Assembly (NCBI RefSeq): GCF_021869535.1
Contig: NW_026262668.1
Span: 95,356,001-95,420,000, forward strand
DNA: 64,000 bases
From: Mytilus californianus
Taxonomy: Eukaryota
Direction: 5' to 3'
The notes under the pieces are model-generated. The model searched no databases. It had not been told where the DNA came from and saw only the letters and a list, made by a program, of their open reading frames with translations. Positions within the stretch are counted from its first letter, which is position 1. Every line of letters starts with the position of its first letter. This document shows, in pieces, positions 55,531 through 64,000 of this stretch. The translations under genes and the position numbers were made by a program.

Positions 55531-58500
55531 TCAGAATTCCTGTACATAAGTTGCTGGAAATATACCAATGTTACCCCCACATTCTCCTTGCCACCAGCCA
55601 TCTTGTTGTTTATCATACAAGTTTATAATATCTCCTGTAAAACATAACATTCAAATCAATTTGTCTCTCATTATAAAACGTTCCCCTTGAATCACAGCTC
55701 AACAAATTAAATTACTGACTCGTTTTCACTCAAAAAAAATTTGATACAAGAAGCTTTTGTGAGCAAGCTCACATACGCCCCCTAAAAATAGCTTATAACC
55801 TGATAGTATAGATTTTTCTGTTTTCTGCACAAATTTCAGTCTACTTTAAGTAACTATGTCCCTGATTGTTGACATAGTGGTATCAAAATCAATTTTACAG
55901 TTGGTTGATGGTCTGTAACATAATAAACATACTATAATCTAGACATCCTAAAGTCTTATTTTAAAATGGTAAAAAAGAAAATCTTTGACAAGTGATGGCA
56001 AAAGATCATACTTTGGTTAAGCCAGATAAGATTTCATATTCTTCACAAGTTTTTTTTTTAACTAATTGGCAATTTACTGCTGATAAACACCAATCTAAAC
56101 TACTAACATATAAAGTGTCATACACAACATTTATTTGCTCAGGCTTATAACAAAATCAAAATCACTGACACCAATGAATTTTGATGAGTTTATGAAACTT
56201 GCTTTTTGAGCAGTTATCTTTCAAGCTCAGTTATATTATTAATTTGTGATTCAACCCTATCCATAAGACACACATTATCCCTATTATAAGGCCATATTTC
56301 CTCTGCCGTAGTGGTAGCTTTACAAGAAGTCAAACCCATACTGTATAAAGAAACTGTTAAGAAAAAAATAGTACATTTCAAAATAAAATGTTTAGTGAAT
56401 GGAAGATATTATCATATTTATTTGTAATTTGTAATTTTTTACCTTCAGATATGGTCAACTCATCATGATGTGTAGCTTCATAATCATACAAGGCCTTACA
56501 CTGTCCTATAGATTCTGTTTCAAACTCATCATCAGCTGAAGAAGATAAAATACATTTAAGGGGCATTAGCTTCCAACAAGACGAAAAAATAAAATATGAT
56601 ATTTTTTTTTAACATTGATAAAAGCGGAATATATCATTCTCTTTGAGAAAACTTTGCATGAAAATAAAGGAACAAGTAGGTGAGAAGAGTAGGAATATTC
56701 CTAGAAATGCTGCTTATCAGTTAAAGTATCATGTAAACTATAACATATTGTCAGTTAAAGTATCATGTAAACAATAACATATTGTCACTTAAAGTATCAT
56801 GTAAACTGTAACATATTGTCCAGTTAAAGTATCATGTAAACCATAACATATTGTCAGTTAAAGTATCATGTACACTATAACATATTGTCAGTTAAAGTAT
56901 CATGTACACTATAACATATTGTCAGTTAAGGTATCATGTACACTATAACATATTGTCAGTTAAAGTATCATGTAAACTATAACATATTGTCAGTTAAAGT
57001 ATCATGTAAACAATAACATATTGTCAGTTAAAGTATCATGTAAACAATAACATATTGTCCAGTTAAAGTATCATGTAAACCATACCATATTGTCAGTTAA
57101 AGTATCATGTAAACCATAACATATTGTCAGTTAAAGTATCATGTAAACTATAACATATTGTCAGTTAAAGTATCATGTACACCATAACATATTGTCAGTT
57201 AAAGTATCATGTAAACTATAACATATTGTCCAGTTAAAGTATCATGTAAACTGTAACATATTGTCAGTTAAAGTATCATATAAACTATAACATATTGTCA
57301 GTTAAAGTATCATGTAAACCATCACATATTGTCCAGTTAAAGTATCATGTAAACCATAACATATTGTCAGTTAAAGTATCATGTAAACTATAACATATTG
57401 TCAGTTAAAGTATCATGTAAACCATAACATATTGTCAGTTAAAGTATCATGTAAACCATAACATATTGTCAGTTAAAGTATCATGTAAACCATAACATAT
57501 TGTCAGTTAAAGTATCATGTACACTATAACATATTGTCAGTTAAAGTATCATGTAAACCATCACATATGTCATCTTCAACATGTTCAAATGGGATATAAA
57601 ATTAACCAATATTTTATTTTATGACTTTTTTTCAAATATAACAAAGCTCTGTAAAAAATATCAATCTCATATTTTGCACCTACCAAAACCAGTTTCATTC
57701 TCATTGCCTTGACTAGCAAGGGTAGTAAGTGTAACCGATGTCACATCATAACCTGAATTCCCTTCATTGGCCAGGTTTGCTGGTAACCGTAATGTTGATA
57801 CTGCTACTCCCTGTTAAAATCAATATAATTAAGATAGATATTACAATGTATCTTGGTAACTAAGTCACATATAAATTCAAATTAACCATTTATACAATTC
57901 AGTTTAAAATTCTATTGTACCATTTTTCAATCACAGTGTTATAAAAGAGTGTATGTCTTGTCTTGATATCTTTATGATAACTAAAACTATGTTTAAAGTC
58001 TGTAAAGTCAAGGTAATACTAAACATATCATATTTACATGGGGTCATTGCAAACATATACCAGGGACCCAATTGCAAAAATTGCATATAAACAAATGAAC
58101 CATAAAATATCACCTATAAATTATTTTCGTGAGCACCAATTTTTCGTGGAAATTATTATTCATGGTTTTGCCAGTCTGCATATAATTGGAAGCCCATAGA
58201 AATTATCCCATGAATAGTGATGAATCCAATGTATGAGTTGCAAATCATATCTTTACCTCAGTAAAAAAAAATTGCATAAGAACTTTATTCTACAATTTCA
58301 ATGTTATTTTTTACTTCTTTCATTTGAGTGACTTTTGATCAGTACTTGATTTCCAATACTATTCACTGACCATTGACTGATACTTATGTCAGACTTTTGA
58401 CCAGCAATTGGATAGTTTTCTGAAATTTATGTCTGTTTACCAAATTTAGATAATCTATATTATTATTTGCTGTTGCAGAATAACAAACGTTCTAGATTTG

Positions 58501-61500
58501 ATGTGAATCTGATTAGTGGACACAATTACACACAAATAATCAACCAAATTATATCCCTATTTATAGTGTACAACCAATGAATCTGTCAATACTCCTAAAC
58601 ATTCTGATTCTGACAGCAAACTTCTATAATAGTCAAATTGATTCTAATTCATGTTCAATGACCTACCTGTTTATCTCTAGTAGTTTCTATATACTGGGCA
58701 AATTTGTGTTCCATTTTCTGTTGTTTATCTAAGGTAGCAAAACTGTTGGCTAATTTAAAATGGCTGGCTTCTAAGAAATTCATCATATATGTAACCTATA
58801 AAATAAATTTCATAATTCAGATTTTTGACTCAAAAATAAATATTACCCGTTTCCTTCTGTCGAAGTTATAAAGAATAGTAATTTTAAAAAATAAAAGAAT
58901 GTGTCCATAGGACACAGATGCCCCACTTATAAATATACAAGAGTCAATGTACTAATTAAAACCATTGACGTTTTGTTTTCTTTGACATTTGCTTCTGCAA
59001 GTTGTTATTAGAGATTGCCCCTGGGTTTGAGTGCTTTCATTGGTCAATAACAAACAGTAATGGGTTACTGGAGGAAGGTGAAAGTGACAGCACCAAAATT
59101 CACACTTCATTTGTGTTTGGTTGTAATAAGCATTGTGTATTAGTTTCATAACATTTGGTTGAAGCAAAGTAAGTTAAAGTGCTGAAACAGCAATTCAGCA
59201 ATTCAAAAATGAACGTAACTCATTGGTGAAAGTGATGCCACCCAAATTTGAACTTGATGTGTGTTTGGTTGTAGTAAGCATTGTGTATAAGTTTCTTAAC
59301 ATTTGGTTCAAAAATTCAAAGTATTGGCAAACAGAAAGTAGGTATCTGACAGATTTTAGGAATTGCCTTGGTTTATATAAAGGTAGCAGACAAATTTTCA
59401 ATGGATTTAATAGAACTACAACATGATTCAGGTTTTGTACTTGTTTTTAACATAGAATTAGTAAATAAGAGAGTTTCATACCTGCAGTAACCTCTGTTTG
59501 GTCTCAATTTGTGTTTCTGGGTCTGCAAAACCAGGTCTTTGGTTATATACTTCTACTAGTTTTTCTACACCTAAGAACATTCAAAATTATATTAAAATGT
59601 TTGTATGAATAGCTCACTGGCTAAGATGCATAGAAAGTTGAACTATATCTCTGAGTACAATTTATTAAACGCTATTACTTTGATAGAGGTTTAAGTCACA
59701 ATGACTATTTGCCAAAAAATCCAGGATATTTCTAATTTCAAAATATGGTTTCAGCTACTAGTGGAAGAGCTTTGGTAATAAATACCTTATGCATTCTTTT
59801 TTCAAAAAGCAATTTAAATAACAAGTATGAATTTGTACAAAGGTATTAAATTATTGCTAAATTGTCAACAACACTGAAGTTAACTGTTATAACTTATATT
59901 GTTTGACTTATTCAATTAGATAAGTGTCTTCAGGACCAAAGATATCAAGAGTAATAATAAATACCCACCAATAATTTTAGAATTTAATTCTACATTAGCA
60001 TTTAACTTTTGAAACCTGCTCAAGATTGACTATCAGGGATGTCTAGACATGATGTACAACAAACATAATGAATAGCAAAACTAGTTTAATAATTGCTTTT
60101 TTATTGACCTTTTATAGTACGCATTTTGTCTGCATTCCATTCTACATTACAAATTTACAAATGAAAACTCAAAATTACAAAAAATATTTATTGGGACTAA
60201 ATCATACAGCAATATCATGTCTAAATAATGTTTCAAATATTAAGTAAATCTACCTGAATATGGCAAAAAATTTGATAAATAAGCATGTAAGTATGTTCTC
60301 TACCAGTTCTGATCACTTTTAACAAATATAGTTTTAAAGATTAGAATAAAAGAATTTATCACAATAAGATAAACCTAAATTTTTATTTCTTTCTTAGAAC
60401 ATGGTTGAGACCTACCATCAAGTAATTTCTTATTTGTATTTTTAGTTTTAACATTCAATTGCTTCATTTTGTTTCTCTTTATATTCTCAATAAAATGCCA
60501 TAAATGTCCATACCTTCTCGCCCTTTTCTTTCTCTTTCTATTGATTGTCTTATAAATAATAAATAATTTTGTAATGAATTTTTTCGTCGTTCTGGTTTCA
60601 TAGAAAATTGCATATCTTCTGCCTGAAAATATAAAAAAATGCCAAAATAAACATTTCAATACATGATATATTTCTTGACTTTTAAAATTATGTTGTGTAT
60701 TCATATATTCCAAGGTTGACATATTGGCGATGATCTATAGTCACATCATATTTCTAAACAGGAAAGCTGTGTAAATAAATAGCTCGCCAAAATTAGTTGG
60801 TTTACAACATTTATAACACAAAACAATGCAACAAAATTCTCTCATGTGATTTGTAATGTACTTACCATGAGCAACCTGACAGGTGTCATATATGGAGCAG
60901 TTTCTGCTTACACTTATTGAGCACCATTTTTCACCACTGTTTTATGTGGGACTGGTGTTGCTGAATTCTTTAGTTTTGTAGACTTTTGTTTGTTATCTTT
61001 TGGTTTTTCATTGTTTGCCATGATTGTTTTAGTCTCTCTTTTACTATTGCATTTTGTTTCTCCCTTTTGTATCTTCTGCCATTTTTTTAAGCATCACATT
61101 TTGACCTATTTTTGCTAATATCTACATCATTTGGTCTCTGGTAGATATTAGTCTCATTGGCAATCGTATCACATCTCCTTATTTTATAAGAACAAAGGAA
61201 GAAAAAGTAATACAGGGCGGAGATCTTAGGTTGAATACATTTACTTACATAACAGTCAATTAATATCTGTTCTGAAGCTGCTACTCCCGATCCTTTCTTT
61301 TGCACTATTGTCCTCAGGTCTCCTTGTAAATCAACTGCCACCACAGCCTCATTTAGTCTATCACAACTCTGTATAAACAAAAAGATAAACAAATATTTTT
61401 TTTGATACTTGGAACTTTAATATTAATGTATTATAAATACACACTAATAAGCAGCTTATTATCTACAGACATGGGTATTTGGTTTTAACTTGTTCTCATA

Positions 61501-62439
61501 AAGTGTATATAAAATCTCAGAGATATTTGGTTTAATGGCTATCACATTGTACAGAAAAACTCAGGAAAATTTGGTTTATCTTGGTAATGGTTGAAGCATG
61601 TTCATTTACATTCCAATCAAAAGCAAATAAATGGGGAATGTGTCCATGGGACACAGATGATGCCCTCACTTGCATATAACGTTATAAAGGGACATAACTC
61701 AAGAACAGTAAAAGTGACATTACCCAAACTTGTACTTGATCTGAGTTTTGTAGTAATAAGCATTGTGTATAAGTTTCATAACATTTGGTTGAGGCAAACT
61801 AAAATAAGAGAACAGAAACAAAAAATTCAGCAATTTTTCCGTTTGTAAAGGAGCATAACTAGAACCGTAAAAGTGACACCACCAAAATTCAAACTTGATC
61901 TGTGTTGTTTGGTAATTAGCATTGTGTATAAGTTTCATAACATTTGGTTGAGGCAAACTAAAGTAAGAGAGCAGAAACGAAAAAATCAGCAATTTTTTCA
62001 TTTGTAAAGGGGCATTACTCTAGAACGGTAAAAGTAACGCCACCAAAATTCAAACTTGATCTGTGTTTTGTGGTAATTAGCATTGTGTATAAGTTTCATA
62101 ACATTTGGTTGAGGCAAACTAAAGTTAGAGAACGGAAACCAATTTTAGGACGTACAAACGTACAGTAGGGCAAGGGTAAAACTTAATGCCCCCCTCCGCT
62201 ACAGCGGGGGCATAAAAATCAAGATTTGATATTAAAAAGAAATTCCATCCAAAATATAAAAGCTTTTGTGGTTCCTCCATCCCAGAATGAAAAATAACTT
62301 TCATAAATTTATTTGGAAAAACAGATCATACCTGAGTTATTTTTGGACCCATCACTGACATGTGACTGTTGTATTGGTTTAAATATTCTGACATCTTTGA
62401 TATTCGATCCTCTTCTAAAGACTGGAGCTGGGCACTTCC
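55531..62439 (-). CDS. NOSTRIN: NOSTRIN-like F-BAR / HR1 / SH3 protein, 3' part; upstream exons lie beyond the right edge
   Basis: 8 exons with GT-AG and consistent phases (879 nt incl. stop): 62332-62439 (LQSLEEDRISKMSEYLNQYNSHMS), 61249-61368 (VAASEQILIDCY), 60514-60622 (AEDMQFSMKPERRKNSL), 59482-59570 (GVEKLVEVYNQRPGFAD, HR1-like), 58667-58795 (FLEASHFKLA), 57684-57810, 56443-56535 (CKALYDYEATHHDELTISEG, SH3), 55531-55634 (DKQQDGWWQGECGGNIGIFPATYVQEF*). Order and wording match the NOSTRIN C-terminal half as I recall it. Confidence 0.85.
56718..57570. repeat. Minisatellite, 34-bp unit, about 25 copies, in a NOSTRIN intron
   Basis: Unit CAGTTAAAGTATCATGTAAACTATAACATATTGT, head-to-tail without spacers. 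Confidence 0.95.
58896..59325 (+). mobile_element. HINE-like element, family B, degenerate copy
   Basis: GAATGTGTCCATAGGACACAGATG start and two degenerate ~160-bp units homologous to 61630-62218. Confidence 0.5.
61630..62218 (+). mobile_element. HINE-like element, family B, complete copy with about three ~160-bp units
   Basis: ACATTTGGTT at 61781, 61940, 62101; 5' GATGCCC; 3' hairpin ATGCCCCCCTCCGCTACAGCGGGGGCAT (62186-62213) followed by AAAAA. Confidence 0.65.
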
Positions 62440-62892
62440 CTAAAAACATATTTTTGTTAAATTCAGGAAAAAAAATTAATTTTGAAATAAACAATATAAA
62501 CAAAAACTTCACATTCAGAGAGAGGGTCTTTGGTTGCTGTGATTTTCAAATTCATATAAGCTACTGCACCAAAGCAGAATCCAAATTCAACTATTTGCTG
62601 GATAAGTGTATAATGACCATTTCTTTAATGTATTTGTATTGGTGTGCTTATTTCTACTTTCTGCATTGCAAGTCTTATTTCATCATTAGAAATTTTTATT
62701 TCCTTTTAAAAACTTAATACTCCAATATTTCAAATACAATTCCAGTCTATTGTTATAACTTATCTTATGTATCTTTATATCTAGACGTTACCTTACATAC
62801 ATTTAAGTACCACCTCAGCCTTAGGTAATACACATTTTATATATTAAGCCATACCTCAGTCTGTTATAATACACAAAAAAAGAGAGTAAAAT

Positions 62893-63945
62893 AACAAAAA
62901 TTCATAAGGGTTCCGTGGAACCCAGTGTCTCGCCTACTTTTGCTGTTAATCGCAGGCTCAACAAAAATGAGGAAAAAAAATAATAACAATATTACTTTCG
63001 ATACAATCTTTTGATTGTAAGAAGCTTCTGTCCCAATTTGGTAAAAATCCAGGATAGTTTATGAATCTAATAAATGTTTTAAATCTTTAACTGCAGACTG
63101 TATGTAATGTTAACTGGAAGAAAAACTAAGTCCATTTATAAGTAAAATACTGATAAACAGGTACAAAATTTTTAAAAATTGCCTTCAAGCTACTAGCTTT
63201 TGATCATAAACAAGCTTCTAACCAAGTTTGGTACAAATCCAGGATAGTTTAAGAAAGTTATTAAAATTTTAAAAACTTTAACCACAGAGTGAATGTAATG
63301 TTAACTGGCAGAAAAACTAAGTCCATTTATAAGTTAAATACGGAAAAAATGGAATTTTGTTTTTTACAAATTTACTTCTGGATACTATCTTATGATCATA
63401 AAAAAGCTTCTGTCCCAATTTGGTAGAAATCCAGGATAGTTTAAGAAAGTTATTAAAATTTTAAAAACTTTAACCACAGAGTAAATGTCATGTTAACTGG
63501 CAGAAAAACTAAGTCCATTTATAAGTAAAATACGGAAAAACAGGATTTTTTTTTTTACAAAATTTAATTCTGGATACTATCTTATGATCATAAACAAACT
63601 TCTGTCCAAGTTTGGTAGAAATCCAGGATAGTTTAAGAAAGTTATTAAAATTTCAAAAACTTTAACCACAGAGTGAATGTTATGTTAACTGGCAGAAAAA
63701 CTAAGTCCATTTATAAGTAAAATATGGAAAAACTGGATTTTTTTTTTTTACAAAATTTAATTCTGGATACTATCTTATGATCATAAACAAGCTTCTGTCC
63801 AAGTTTGGTAGAAATCCAGGATAGTTTAAGAAAGTTATTAAAATTTCAAAAACTTTAACCACAGAGTGAATATTTGTGGACGCCGCCGCCGACGCCAACG
63901 GAATGTAGGATCGCTATGTCTCGCTTTTTCGACAAAAATATCGAA
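62893..63945 (+). mobile_element. HINE-like element with ~192-bp internal satellite (about 4.5 units)
   Basis: 5' hairpin GGGTTCC-GT-GGAACCC and GTCTCGC subTIR; units AAAAACTTTAACCACAGAGT at 63271, 63463, 63655, 63848; (GCC)n microsatellite 63880-63897; second GTCTCGC at 63918-63924 with truncated hairpin. Confidence 0.6.
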
Positions 63946-64000
63946 CTCCATAGAAAATTCAAAATGGAAAGTCCTTTATCAAATGGCAAAATCAAAAGCT

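Noticed and set aside
56718-57570. 34-bp repeat array resembling a CRISPR array in unit size
   Set aside because: Units are head-to-tail with no unique spacers, no cas genes, and it lies in a eukaryotic intron: a minisatellite.
61591-62001. ORFs of 85 and 93 aa (also 59195-59426)
   Set aside because: Fall inside HINE-like tandem units; repetitive translation, no domain.
63010-63870. Identity with the classic ~170-bp Mytilus satellite
   Set aside because: Measured period is ~192 bp, and I cannot compare sequences without a database.

Overview
AT-rich eukaryotic (intron-containing) genomic DNA from a bivalve mollusc, most likely a mussel (Mytilus; inferred from the repeat families and gene content, not from a database search). 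Three spliced protein-coding genes were reconstructed by hand from GT-AG boundaries: (1) the 5' part of an ABCC1/MRP1-type ABC transporter on the minus strand (14 coding exons, 18252 to 1379, continuing off the left edge); (2) a complete 651-aa secreted Pif-like shell-matrix-type protein on the plus strand (signal peptide, basic Ser/Thr-rich region, chitin-binding-type Cys domains, LamG/ConA-like C-terminus; 29307-35849); (3) the 3' part of a NOSTRIN-like F-BAR/HR1/SH3 gene on the minus strand (62439 to 55531). The rest is dense in mobile DNA: Penelope-like retroelements (PLEs) of the RT-C-terminal (Naiad-type) architecture, CR1/L2-like LINEs, Helentron-associated (HINE-like) elements with internal tandem repeats, several MITEs, palindromes and minisatellites. 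The two most striking observations are (a) a decayed Naiad-type PLE in ABCC intron 8 whose only two in-frame TGA codons sit at cysteine-expected positions and whose 3' UTR folds into a canonical-looking type II SECIS, i.e. a probable selenocysteine-recoding retrotransposon family, and (b) a ~330-350-nt tandem/dispersed repeat whose consensus folds into a type I hammerhead ribozyme with a palindromic stem III (retrozyme-like element).
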